From: Blasia pusilla
Taxonomy: Eukaryota
Assembly: GCA_050084515.1 (NCBI GenBank)
Contig: CM114271.1
Location: 2,790,001 to 2,854,000, forward strand
DNA length: 64,000 nucleotides
Reading direction: 5' to 3'
Below, piece after piece: positions 1-13,317 of this stretch (position 1 is the first letter of the stretch; each line of letters starts with the position of its first letter). The position numbers and the translations under genes were made by a program. Under the pieces are notes generated by a model. That model did no database searches. It had not been told where the DNA came from and saw only the letters and a program-made list of their open reading frames with translations.

Positions 1-471
1 TCTGGTGTATCTAAGATCCAAGATCACGATGTGATGTTTCTGTATCCCTTCTTGAGCCCGAGGATAGTATAGGAACTGGGTTTGTCAACAACCCATGAGG
101 ACAAGCCCATTTGGATGGGCTTCCATTTTGCAAGAGATCCACGTTGAAAAGAGTAGGCACACAACAAATAAATGCTATGTAATCTTGGACTAGTGTGGAA
201 AATTTTGACTCACGAAATTAATACACTATCAAATATTTGACTTATCTTTTTGTTTTAGCCTCCTTGCACTTTGGACACTTCGAAGGCATTTAATGCATCT
301 CTTCATGTTGTACTAGTATGAAAACTTTTTTATAACCCTTAAGTCTTTGGCCCTCTTGACTTAACTACTGCTTAAATTTGACAACAACCTATAAGGAGGA
401 TTTTTATAATCCCATCCTCATCCTCTTCCTCTTAGGAGCTTGTAAGTAGTAAGGCCGTCAGTAAGTTGATG

Positions 472-2397
472 TTAATTTTCACATAGAAACGCTTGGAGCT
501 TTTCCATATGAGGAGCACGCAGACATAGCGATGCATCCACGCTGCCATCTCTAGTGTGAGATGGAGTTAGGATAATGGGGCCATCCGTGGGAGCTCTTGG
601 AGATCCTACGAACACAGGAGTGCCGAATCCAAAGTCCAGCTCGTACAGTTTAAACATGACCCAGCTCGTGACAACAAGCTCGGATGGCGAATGGTGCCGA
701 TATTGGCGGGCGAATGTGACTGGATTCTTTGAGTGCAGCTTCGAAAAATCTAAGGCAGATTGCATGTACTCTTTGTCCACTCTTCTGATCGCTTTCTGCA
801 ACAGATTCACCGCGTAGGAGAGCGGTCGATCTATCAAGTCTCGGACAGTGGACTGCGCGCACGCGTGGAAGACGACATTTCCAAAGTAGTCCTCAGGAGT
901 CGGAAACCTTTTCCTTCCATTCACGGAAACTACGACTCTTGTCTTGGTGTTCCCGGCCAACCCACGAGCTTTTGTTACGGATCGCCACAGATGTCCAGTG
1001 AGGCTCTCGAAGGTTGTGTAGAAACCACTTTCCTCCGAATCCTTCATAGCCTCCGCTTTTATTTGCTGCAGATTCTCCGCACTGAAGCGAAAGCGCTTTT
1101 GAGAAGATAGATGGTCTTCAGCCTGCTCCGTTTGCGGTGGAGGGAGCGATTTCGTGTACTCGTAGTGCTGGAACGTTGGTTGGGGAGGATCTCTGGCCCT
1201 CAGGATTGATCGATCGTGAGTCGTAATTGATGAGAAATGCGACCCCTTCACGGCCCTCGCCCAGGCTTCCATGAAAGCTGCTCCGGAACAACCATCTACC
1301 ACTTGATGGTGCCGCGCTATGCCGATAGTTATGCTTCCACATGTGAACTTGGTCACCTGAACAGCACAATGTAATCCATCTAATCCAATCACTAAAGCTC
1401 CACTGCACTCGGGTGCACATAACCATGCAAGCTCTCTAATTAATCAATCGACACACACACACACACACAGAAACCTTGGCATCTAGTGAATAACTCCCGA
1501 AGTTGACTTGTACCGGGGGTCCGGGACCTGAGAACTACCCGAGAGAAAGTCAGGAGATCTTCTGTGGTAAGGCGCACGTGGCACAATACGAAGATTCAAA
1601 GTTATGTGCATGAAGGCATTGTCAGTGATCTTCGCTACCGTCCATGTCAGATTCTCAAAAGGAGTTCAGAAAATCAGATCCATCTCGCCGGAGGTTGTGG
1701 ACGCATCATTTCTTATCTGATCGCAGTTCCATTCACAATTTGAGCGAATTCTCACTCTACATACGTTCAATTTCACGAAAACGACAGCTTTATGTCATCC
1801 CGCCAGATGATCCCACGTTTTCAGGAGCTACACTCGTACAGAGTGAATTATTAGCAGGGAGCGCAGAATGCATATCTATGGTTCCCTATCGTACTGTTCG
1901 GAAAGCATCAGAAATACGGCAAGGACTCGGTTTACCATGGACGTCTCCCAGTGCATTGCGCCCGGGGCGGCTTCGTCGATAAAACAAGGAACTCACGGAG
2001 CACCAAGATGATATACCTGGACCAAGAAAATCTCCGCTGTTCCCCGACTCGGAGGCACCAACTTCAGGAGCTCGTCGCCGGGCGGAAACGGCATCAGATC
2101 CATAAGATTAACAGTGGCGTCGGCGTCGATCCATCCACACCCTTGACCGCTCAAAGCAATGACAGGACGCCCGTTCACATCCTTACCCAGCCTTCCTCCT
2201 AATTCCTGGTACTCGCCTAGCGCTTCCGAGAGGCCATTTTCCAAGACTTGCGATGAGGGAACCGGAGCCTTGAAAGCGTAAATGAGATTTATATGAAGCT
2301 CATGCATCATTAGGTCATTGTCGGACAAGGCGATTGTCCTCGCCTTGCTCGTATTACCTGCCAGTACGAACTTCTTTCTTCCTCTCTTCACGTCCAT
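472..2397 (-). CDS. BAHD acyltransferase, copy 1; exons 2397-2017 and 1356-472, ~421 aa
   Basis: HXXXD motif (HHQVVD), DFGFG variant of DFGWG, YFGN motif, RARDPPQPTF. Phase-0 GT-AG intron at the conserved BAHD position (FLVQ|VTKFTCG). The spliced frame is open to TAA. Confidence 0.93.
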
Positions 2398-3689
2398 CGC
2401 TTCTGCGGAGCGCCACCGCGTAAACCAACTCCAATCCGCAGAATCCGGTCAACTCTTCCACACCAAACCTTCCTTCATTCAACTTATCCCTCCGTTAGAA
2501 AGAATCCAAACTCTTCAGGTTCAATCCCGTTTCCTGAATAACTCCGCAGCATCCAGACTTCACTGGAGGCAATGCAAATTTGGAAGTTCGGAGCTGCTCT
2601 CTGCCTCCACAATCCCGCACCTTCCAAGTTTCCATCCGGAAGCAGTGCACTCGTCTCTGTCTCTTTCTCTTTCTCTTTCTCCGGCACGCATCGAATGGGT
2701 ACCCACTCCCGACACTTTATTATTCGCGCAGTGACGTTCGAACCTCCGGGACGATGTATATACAGTGACCCTCATGACAGATCTTCAGTCTTACGGGTGA
2801 AGGGAGAGTGAGCGTTATGACACGCACTTGCACCTATCTCGTCTCTTATTGCAAAGTCATAAATTTGAACAAACGGGCGTGCGGCCCATTTCGAAGACGG
2901 GAAGAATTCACGTGGCAAGAGCATGTGAGTGGTGAATCGACGGCGGGATCACGTGTACAAACTAGAAGAGGAAAAAGAAAATAGTTGTCTGTTAATAAGA
3001 AAGAAAAAGAGTTCTGTTGATAAGAAAAAAAAATATTGCTGTTCAAATCTAAATTTATTGTCTCCCATTTAAAGTATTTCATAAATTTTTAAAGTGTTAT
3101 TTTAAATCAATTTAGAGTTATGTTGTTGGCTTAGAAGGTGAATTGAAAGTGCCAAAGAAAATTGGCACAAGAGAAAATTATCATTTTCTCTTGTACCAAA
3201 CTCTTCTGCCAAATGGTGAGGAGAGAGGACTTTGCAAATGAGGATGTACTCTCCAATTATAATATAGATAGATAAAAAAAATGGGTGTGGGGCCTTTAAG
3301 AAAGGTGGGGAGAAAATAATTATGAAACGCATAGATAGGCTAGATGGAGAATAAATGAATAAGTGGAGAACTTGTAAGGGTTGTAATTACTATGAAAATA
3401 AACAAATTAAAAAGGCGAATTTAGAATCATTTTATAGTATGTGACGCCTATTGAACCCCTTGTCAACATCACTATATATGGTGTATGTAGGAAGCATTTG
3501 ATACACAGCCTGGTAGATGAAGGATGTAACAAATGCAAAAAGGAAAGCAAATAGAAAATGGTAACAAGATCAACGAGCAAACATGATTAAATGTTTGAAA
3601 TAATTCTGAAATGAATACTAGTATTCATTTCAGATTTATTTCAGACATATGACGACATTAGTAATCGCCAAAAATTTCTTGTGACTACT

Positions 3690-4040
3690 AGGCGTTGGAG
3701 AAGAAACGAGAAAACAAGAGTGCTCTAGAGTGGGAGGACATAGATTTGTGACATGAGTGTATAATGCATTTGATATTTGTGGACGAGGTATTATACAATG
3801 TCATGAATAAAGATTTTGAATCCAAATTGTGTGAGGAGTTAAAGAGCTTGTAGTTAATAAAGTCTCTGACAAGTCGATTGTATATGAAGTATAAATTATA
3901 AACTTTGTTCTCTGCATGAAAGAAAGCAAAAACATGATGGAGCATCTACTCGCTTTCAATTAAGTCATCAGTGAGTTTTCTCGTGTAAAGATAAAGCTAG
4001 AAGATGAAGATAAAGCCCCTTTGTTGTGGAAAGATACCGA
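3690..4040 (+). mobile_element. Degenerate Ty1/Copia gag fragment
   Basis: Broken frames read DEVLYNVM...KSLTSRLYMKYKL and MKESKNMMEHLLAFN*VISEFSRVKIKLEDEDKAPLL, resembling Tnt1-type gag. Stops and a frameshift are present. Confidence 0.7.
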
Positions 4041-5339
4041 ATAGTTAGATGAAGTGATATGGAGATCATGGTGACATTGGTGTCTAATGAAAGGAATTAG
4101 TTGTCCTCTTGATTAGTGGTGACCAGTGCAAAGATAAGTGCTTGAGCTTGATTCTCATCCTCTCGAGTGAGTGCTCTATTGGTTCTTGTACTCTTGGGGA
4201 GGAAGCTTCTTTGCTTCTCTTGTGATCTCATTTGTCAATTTTGACGATCATCTCTATATTAGCGTTTAGAAATTAAGATATTAAGCACTAGGGAAAAGAA
4301 CTCAAGAGGCTCTTATTGCTTGATGTAGGCCAATTGACCATATATTGACTGATGCCTAAGTATTGACTATAACTTTGAGAAGCCTAAAGATATCTTTTGT
4401 GATATTATATACGGATTATAGATCTTGGCGAGCAAGATGGGCAAGCACTTTGAGACCAATTGAAGGAGTTAAGGGGCATAGCCACTCAAGGAATGAGGGT
4501 GAGGCATTTGGAAATGAGGAGAATGAAATTTCCCATGTTAGCAAACTAAGGGCATGTATTTGTGGATGATTAAGATCTGTGTCAGAGAAGGTTAATGTGA
4601 CTCAACTTGATCATAGTTGAGGACCAAAAAGAATGAGAAGTGGAAAGTATATTGGAGAAGTGTCGTGTCAAGAGAGAAAGAAAATTAGTAAGTGAGCAAG
4701 TAGTTGCATAGAAACTTAGAAAGGTTTATGATCTGTGCGAACATAGGAATCATAAACTAATTTTCCTCATATTATAGAACTTCTAGACTAATTTAGATGT
4801 AGGCCATTGCGGATAAGGCTAGGCACAAGGTAGACGGTGTGATTTGGAAGTTCCAAGAATTCAAGAAGTATTCCAAGTTTGTCTTGAACGAGAAACGAGT
4901 TTTTGAATGTTTTCAATGGAATGCTTGTAATTTATGGATGTTGCATGTCCTATATATTTTTTGCATCAATGAGATTAGGTAGTTTGCTATTAGAAATAAG
5001 ATCTAAGTGTTATGTACTTAGAAATTCTAAGTTCATGACACTTAGATTGTTAGAATGATCCGACACGTCATGAATCCAATATAGAGTAGGTGGCGTAGGC
5101 CTAAATGTTTGGAGAGTGGAGTGGGCCAAAACCCAAGGCATTGGTGGACTCAACCCTAGGATTCCCTTTGGTATCCTTAAGTCCTTAGGGGATGCCCAAC
5201 TCAAGTCGATGAGGATATTGACTCAACTAATTGGGAAGGGTCAGAAAAAGCTAAGGTTATGATGCCAATCCTAGCGAGAACTTGGGAATTGAGTAATGAT
5301 AGAGGGTCAGAGGCAAAGTGATCTTCCTATGACCTATAT

Positions 5340-7110
5340 ATCACCCACCAAAGTTGAAACCTAGACTAGTTAGTTGCAAAACTATAAGGGGGGAGCACAA
5401 CGTGCCTTGGGATTAACGTTAGTCAAGATGGGCGCGCCCCTTGAGACTAATTGTAGGAATAAAGAGATGTAACCCCCTAGAGAGATGAGGGCAAGGCAAG
5501 AAAGCTACAAGACCCGTGAGTTGAGAGTCAAGTCAAGGGCAAGTAGCAAGGAAGACTAAAGTAGTTAAGAACGGGAAGACGCAATGAGGCTAATCACTAA
5601 ACACATGGGATGCCAAATGATGGAAGTCAAGACATGCGCTAGCCATAAGACACACAAAACACGGGCCAATGTTCCAACATGCATTTAAGGATTTCAATTC
5701 AAGATGGTCAGAATCTTCCAAGAAACTTCCCAAGTCATCTTGGGGGTTAACTAGTCAAGCGCATGTCACAAATACAAGAATAATGTTTGGGTTATGGGCC
5801 AAAACCAAGGGCTTAGGTTGAACGATACGAATGGTGGGTTTCCCTATAGAACCTCAATAGCATATATGGGGAGGGACCCTCTCAAGTATTGGAGTAAGGA
5901 ATTAAAAATGTTTCGTGTTTGGCCATGTTTTAGGCATGAGCCAACTTAAAGGTATTGTTCAAGATGTACCTTGAGGAATTAACCAATACGCTTCGATTTG
6001 GATGAGCAACTTGAGAGATTGGTCAAGGCTTGGGGAAGAGGCTTCTTAGAGGCTCAATCCAAGTCTTCCACTTGCGAGACTCAAGATCAAGATCTCTTCA
6101 CGGGTTAGTAAAGAGGAATAGGAGGAATTGAGGTTAAACTTTATAAGGTGTTATGAGAGTCCACCACGGAATATAGGCCATATTTAATGGGCAGTTTTTG
6201 AGAAGGCGATCACCGTGGACTTTGTAGAGTCCGTCCTCTACTTCCCTTAACTTCACCCTGAAGCACTCTCGACCTTGAGCTTTGCAAGCAAAAGACTTAG
6301 ATCAAGTCCCAAAGACTCAACTGATTACGCGTTCTATTGGTAGTTGAGAAGCCGCCAAGCGCTAATCGAGGCGAGTTTCTCCTAGTGCGTAACGTCTCCC
6401 TAAGAAGCCTCCTCCCGAGCCTTGACCAATCTCCCCAAGTTGCTCGTCTAGACTGCAGTGCGTCGATTAATTCCTCAAGATACGTCCCTTAGCTCAAACT
6501 TGAAACACGGCCAAATACACATCACGGTTATTTCTTGGTTCAAGGGTTTGAGCAAATAGAAACTGAAAGTGTCCCCTATAAGTACTTCTGAGGTCCTTTG
6601 GGGGAACCCCATCTTCCCAATTGTCCCCCTCGGGTTCTTTATTTTGGCCCTCGACCCAAACGTTGCAACCCACAGACCAATGTTTGACTAGTTATCCATC
6701 AAGATGGCTTGGTAGAGGCTTCTTGCAACTTATAGAACTCTCGAATCCCCAAAGGAATCTTGAAGCTTGGACCCACATTTCAAGTGTTTTATGGCTGGTG
6801 CCCATCTTGACTGTATGTTTGGCGTCTCATGGTTATCTTGCCGTCATTTGCATTTTGTGACTAGTCAAATGTCTCACATATCTTGACTACTTACGTGTTC
6901 CTTGCTTCTCGCCCTTAACTTCGCGGTTGACTCTAAGATCTCAAACCTTACTTGCCTTGACTTTATCCCTACGAGTAGCTACGCCCCTTTCTCTCCTAAG
7001 GCTAGTCACAAGACATGTGCACATCTCGTCAAACGTTAGTCCCAAGACTGGTTCCACCCTCCTTCCTAGTCTCGCGCCCAACTAGTCTAAGTTGCAACTT
7101 TAGCGACTCA
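5340..7110. repeat. Diverged long inverted repeat (arms ~5340-6050 and ~6400-7110, spacer ~350 bp)
   Basis: 5971-6049 (ttgaggaattaacc...ggtcaaggcttggggaagaggcttcttag) is reverse-complementary to 6400-6478. 5351 aagttgaaacctagactagtt pairs with ~7080-7100 aactagtctaagttgcaactt. Confidence 0.8.
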
Positions 7111-7885
7111 CACCCACGTCTTTTCTTCTTGGACTTGCGCTCATGACTCGCTACTCGGATCCTCACTAGTGCGGACGTCATAAACTTAGTTATTCGCAAC
7201 GTAAAGAGTCAAGACAACGACAAGCCTAGAATGAGCACAAAGAAGGTCATGGATATCAAATTGCCTCATAGGGAAGGATGATGAGGTTGGTGGAAATGAG
7301 TTGATAGGCCCCAATCTCCTATTGAATTTCAAAAATGTATTTTTGAGAGATATGACGAGGAACATAATAAAGATGACAGATTTGGGGACCAAATATCCTC
7401 TTGGCTACTCTATGGAGAAGCTCAGCTTTCAAGGGCAAGGAGGCAAGGCTAATTAAGAGAAACACCAAATTTTGTAAAAAGTAATCTTAAATCTTGAAAA
7501 GATTAAGAGATAATTAAATAAAAGGGGTAAGAGTGCATGTTAAGTTATGCAAACATCACTTTTTACACCTTTTTCACATCAAAAGTATTTTTCAAATTTC
7601 CTAATTCTTATTTTGGAATGAAATTTCTCTATGCAAAATATAGTCGAAATCTTACATTTTCAAATTTTAAGGGAAATTAAAACTTAAGGCAAATTAATTG
7701 GGATAATTTTTTAAATATATTTGATACCCTAATTTTTTTTGAAAAGTATTTTTTTAAATGAAACAGAAAAAAAAATTAAAAAGTACGGAAATTATAACTC
7801 TACTCCTAAAAGGTTTGAAATAAAAAACCCCCTTCGGCTTCTTGCTCTCCCTCCCTTCTTTTAGCCTAACTCCCTTCATCACCGC

Positions 7886-8021
7886 CCTTAATCCTAAATG
7901 GACAGATGTTGCTTGCAAACATGTCTTCAAAGAACTCCTTTGATAACTCCCCTAATCGCCCACGCTTGATCCTAAATGGACAGACGCTGCTTGCAAACGT
8001 GTCTTCAAAGGATTCCTTTGA
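7886..8021. repeat. Two-copy direct repeat, period ~78 bp
   Basis: atcctaaatggacaga(t/c)g(t/c)tgcttgcaaac(a/g)tgtcttcaaag(a/g)a(c/t)tcctttga occurs twice. Confidence 0.85.
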
Positions 8022-8641
8022 AAACATGTTTGTAAGTCCATCCTCTGGTAATAGCACAAATCTGCAGACTTTGAAAATCACAAAATCTATATTATTAACA
8101 TGAGAGTGGTTTTCAAATGACGGAATACTAGAATTCGTCCAGCATCTTTTAATCCAAAGTGTATGGCATGGCCATTCGGGTAGGGGGCATTCAAGTAACG
8201 GTGGGTTGGGCATTTAGGGTTAGGCACAATGCCCTCATGGATTCTAACTAGTAATCATACTATGAAGATATTTCGATTATTACTACAGCTGCAACACAAA
8301 ATCTTCCAGTCATATAAGAAACAAGTTGTCACAATTGGGAGGAAGTGCTTTAACATGTTGATTTTATTCCTATCGATATCTTCAATAGTTCAATATACAA
8401 TACTTCAAAGACCCTTGACATCCATAACCTCTTACATTCTATTGCTCAAGATTGCATGTAATTTGTAAGATTCTCTTCCATTTCTAAGGGAGATCCTTTA
8501 AAACCAAAGACTCCATTATCACAACACTTAAGACCAGAACCCATCCTCCTACAATTGATTGATGCATCATCATGGGATAATGTGATGTATCCTTCAAATT
8601 GAATGCATTTTCCATTCACTTCTTGGGTTCTGGTCTTAAGT

Positions 8642-8924
8642 GTTGATTCATGTGGAGAGATCAAAAGATTAAATCCACTCCTTGTTTCTTGACAGGGGTA
8701 TTCTGCCACGGAGTTGTCTTTGGCAAAATAAAGAGTGATAGATAGTCCATTTAAGTGGGTTGATATTCTCAATTGAAAGCCCTAAGGAAGTATGTTCTTA
8801 TAGACATATTTTGATAACCAATCTATAGTTGTTATCAACAGATGTCCACTAGAATGGTAGAATTCATCCCCTGTCAAGAAACAAGGAGTGGATTTAATCT
8901 TTTGATCTCTCCACATGAATCAAC
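8642..8924. repeat. Perfect 57-bp inverted repeat (8642-8698 / 8868-8924), 169-bp loop
   Basis: gttgattcatgtggagagatcaaaagattaaatccactccttgtttcttgacagggg and its exact reverse complement. Confidence 0.92.
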
Positions 8925-9565
8925 CTCCAGAATTCCTTTACACCTCACCCTTCATTATTCACACCCCTTCCGAATCTTCCCAACCTCACAATAAAGCAAC
9001 ACTCGCTTCACAGTCCGTTTCTTTCTTTCAGAAATGAGCGATGAAGAATCACAGAACCACGTCTGATAAGATCAGGTCTTTGGATTCTCTTTCGATTTGT
9101 CTCACTTTTCACCACATTCATCCTGTCATGTCAAGTTCAAGAATACAAGAGGAGACCAATGACAACTCCTCGGAACACACTGTTAAGCTGCTCTTTGGGG
9201 TAGCCGTATTTGATGGTGTTTGAGTACTTGGAAGAAGCTACATAGACCACATGATCCTATATCAATACAAAGCCTTCAAGCATTAGAATTGTTCATTGTA
9301 TGGATGCGAAAACCTCAGGTGAGTTGGCAGAACCGAAACAAGCGGAAACTGTTATGGATAGATGCCATGAAGCCATTGCTTTGAGAAGAGATTCTGGTAA
9401 GAAGTCTTCAAGGAACTCAAAAAATTGTCATCATATTACCTCTGAGTTCCGCAGTATCCTTCCATGAAGTGCTCCGAGAATTTTAGCTTCACTCTGGACA
9501 TAGAATCTGACTTGGGCAAGCAAAATTGGCCAAATGAGATCAAATCATCAATTTCCGAGTAAATG

Positions 9566-11445
9566 TTAAATTTCATAGACCATTGCTTCCAGCCTTTCCA
9601 TATCTAGCGAAAACAGACCGAGCACGACATCGATGCTTCCATCTTTGGTGTACGATGGAATCAATATGAGAAGGCCCTCAAAAGGCACCGTTGGAGGTCC
9701 AGCGAACAGAGGAGTGCCCCATCCGAAGTCGAGCTTGTACAATGGTAACTTCGCCCAGCTCGTGATAGACAAATTAGGGGACAAAATATTCCGATATTGC
9801 CTTGCAACTGGCACTGGATTCTTTCGTTGAAGTTCCACAAAATCTAGGGCAGAGAGCATGTATTGCTTATCTACTCCTTTGATTGCTTTCTGAACGATAT
9901 CTACCGCATGGGACAGAGGATTACCTATCAAATCTTCTACAGTACACTGTGAGCATGCATGGAAGATAACATTCCCAAAGTAATTCTCTGGCAGTGGAAC
10001 CTTTCTCCTTCCACTGACTGCAACGATAGCTTTGGTCTCAACCTCTCCAGCCAACCCGCGAGCTTTCGTTATGCACCTCCACAAATGTCCAGCCAGACTC
10101 TCGAAGGTGGAGTAAAAACCATTACCCTCAATATTCTTCATTGCCTCATCTTTGATCTTCTGCAACAACTCCGCACTAAAATGAAGCTTTTTGAGGCAGA
10201 GTGGAGGGTGGTGAGAAGACTGCTCTGTCACAGGTTTAGGGGGTGATTTCTTATACTCAATGTGCTCAAAAGTTGGTTGTGGAGGATCTCTGGCCCTGAG
10301 GGCAGATCGATCATGGGTCGGGATCGATGAGAAAGGCAAACCCTTCACCGCCTCAGCCCAGGCATCCATAAAAGCGGAACCAGACGAACCGTCTACCACT
10401 TGATGATGTCGTGCTATGCCCAAAGTCATGCTCCCACACGTGAACTTAGTCACCTGAACAACGAATATAATCCCAACAAATCAACCCCACGTTGCACGGA
10501 ATGCTTGTGAATTGGACAACATAGCTCCCAAAGTTATGCTGGAATTACTATACGAGATCTTTTGTAGCAGGAAAACATGAAATTGAGAGTCCATACATTG
10601 GATCATAAACTCCACTCACACTGGCACTAAAATTCTCTTTAAAAAACAAAGTACAGAGCGTCCGCTGTCAGCCCCAACCCGAAGGACCTGACTGTACTAT
10701 TCCTAAGGTAATCGTCGATCCATATCCAGGCCAACAGACAGGCCATACACATTGAAGTAATATTCTAGCTCAACTAGCAGCAATGGAGATCATATCACCC
10801 ACTAAAGACTAATGTTGTACGTTTCGAGAACTGATAATAGCTCTCAAATGAGTCCGTGCACTAGTATCACGATACACTTGGCTGGATCCCACAGATGGAT
10901 TGCTCGACTTTTTGGAGCGTCACACATTTGCAGAGGTCCAGCGAAAAATCACATCGGTTCCCAATCTTACAGAACTGGAAGCCTCTCGGACATTTCAAAC
11001 AAAAAGGTACAGGGCTGGGAATGAATTTAATGAAGAGGCTGCACATGGCACGCACCTGGATCAACAGAAGCTCCTCCGCTCCACGATTCGGAGGCAACAA
11101 CTTCAAAAGTTCGTCACCGGGCGGGAATGGCATGAGATCCTCCAACGCAACATTGGCCTCTGCATCGATCCACGCTGCTCCTTGACCATTCAAAGCGATG
11201 ACAGGCCACCCATTGACATCCTTGCTCAGCCTCCCTGCGAATTCCTGGTACTCCTCCAGCGCTTTCAGCAGTCCACCTTCCAACACTTGCGACGAGGGAA
11301 CCGGCGCCCTAAATGCGTATATGATCTCCACATGCACCGCAGGCACCAACAAATCGCAGTTGGACAGTGCCACCGACCTGACCTCGCTCAAACCATCCGC
11401 CAACCCCACCTTTATCAGCTTCTTCGTCCCTCTCTTCACCTCCAT
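9566..11445 (-). CDS. BAHD acyltransferase, copy 2; exons 11445-11056 and 10453-9566, ~425 aa
   Basis: HHQVVD and canonical DFGWG motifs, YFGN, same GT-AG intron position (LIQ|VTKFTCG). Clear paralogue of copy 1. The ATG at 11445 aligns with the copy 1 start (MEVKRG vs MDVKRG). Confidence 0.94.
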
Positions 11446-12820
11446 CACTCCCCGATCTCCGACTACACTGGATCCAACCAACGCTTCCACAACAAACCTG
11501 CGCTTATCTCCCACTGCTCAATTCCACTTCCCTTTCATATCAATTCACCACTCAATCCATCCAAGTATCTAACTATCTGGCGGGAATACACACACAATGC
11601 GGTTTTCGGTCGTCCAAACTCACTTCGTGCATTCCGAATCTGAAGGACCGCACTAAATCTCGTGTACAGCATACAGAAATGGCCTTGAGGAAAATACGCT
11701 GAAATCACAAACCACTAGCGCACACTTCCTGGGAATTTGGCTGGGATCATAAATACGCAGCCGCATCTGATTGCGCATCTCAACGAGGGGAAATAAAAGA
11801 GTTGAAGGACTGTTGAGGAGAATCGAGTTGAGGGACTGCTGAGGTTTAAAATAATTGATCAGGGATCCGTTACCTTTAACCATGACACGTGTTACGTTTT
11901 GTGCGGTTTCCAATCGTATACAATTTGGAAGGAATTCCTTAACCTAAACCAGTTACCAGTATGCGGCCCTTTGAGAGACGGTGAATTACAAGGGGAGTCC
12001 ACGTAGATGAGAAAACATGAAACCCATGACTCTGAAAGAAACTACCATGCAAGTAGTTTAGGGCGCTCGGGGGCAACCATGTTGTATTTTATTATTATTA
12101 ATTTTATAAGTTATCGTCCTTTTCTATCCATTATATTGTTTTTTATTTACACTATGCTCTTCAAAAAACTTTTATTTCCGATCCAAATCTATCCACACGT
12201 CCGACATAATTACTTTCTCACCAACCGTGTCAAGCAAATACTTCACTGGTTTGATATTTCTCTCCGGAGCCTTAGCTAGGAACCATGGGAGCCTTAGCCA
12301 GGGTCCGGGGAGTTTTTTTCTGACAACCGGTACATTTCCGGTCTCTACAAACCGGTAATTTTCGAAGTTTTCTTCATTCCAGCCAGCTAAACAGATATTA
12401 ATACAAAGGACACCCTCCCTGAACCCTCGGTTTTTGGCCGGTAAGTGACAACCTGAATCGGGAATTTTCAAATTCTTCAACACGTAACCCCGGTTCTCCC
12501 CGGACATTGGCCTTAGCAAGCCCCTATCAAACAAAAAAACAAATACTTCCGTGGAGCTACTGCATTGACGTGGCCCGTGCCCACTCTTGGCCGTAGTAAT
12601 ACATATTGGCGAGTAGGAGGTGACGTTGAGGCAAGACTCCTGCAGTAGGTGCGGAGTCACGGCGGCGGCGCGGACTCTTGGCGCTATTAATCCGGATGCC
12701 TTCTATAATATTAAATGGTATACCTTTATTATGGCCAACTCATACAACCTTTCCACATGTACTCTTCAATGCTTCATTCACAGTTTCTTCTGACACTAGG
12801 TTCTTCCCCTGTTGAATGCC

Positions 12821-12980
12821 CTCTTCAAGAGACCTCGTACAACCTATCCACGTGTAGTACACGTGGATAGGTTAGCGAACTCTCTTGAAGAGACTCAGGT
12901 GAATGGAGAGTACACGTGGATAGGTTAGCGGAGTGTCTTGAAGTGACTCAGTCACTCAGGTGAATGGGGGAGTACACGTG
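12821..12980. repeat. Palindrome plus direct subrepeats near the putative MULE left end
   Basis: aacctatccacgtgta-g-tacacgtggataggtt (12841-12873, perfect 16-bp arms) flanked by ctcttcaagaga/tctcttgaagag. ctcaggtgaatgg(a/g)gagtacacgtg occurs twice. Confidence 0.85.
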
Positions 12981-13317
12981 CCTCGCGTTAAAAACCACAC
13001 CCGCGGCATTAACTCCGCTTCGCCAGCCCGGGCCGTGTGAAGTGGACCCTTACCCTTGTTGCACGTTACGGATTTTTTTTTTCAGTTTCGGGCATGTGGC
13101 GGAGTTTCTTTTAATGGGACGGCGGGAGGAAGGACGGAGGGCGTAGGGGACGAAAAGAGACGTGTTACACTTGACGAGAGTTTCGTTTTGATCCGGACTT
13201 TGCTGCATGGTGTGAAATATTTTTATTTTTATTCATCTTTTTAGAATTTGATTCATATTAGGGTTCCAAATGTGAATATTAGGGCTTTGCTTATTGTCAT
13301 TTGGAGAAATTTCCCAA

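Noticed and set aside
8100-8640. LINE 3' fragment
   Set aside because: Only faint motif hints (LLECP, WSLWF) in stop-ridden frames, which is insufficient.
10900-11643. 247-aa plus-strand ORF
   Set aside because: Antisense shadow of the BAHD exon 1. The same applies to plus-strand ORFs over the Gypsy pol and trihelix exon.
12605-12690. Large-subunit rRNA fragment (gcgagtaggagg...tcttgg)
   Set aside because: Only short patches resemble 26S rRNA, and the similarity does not extend.
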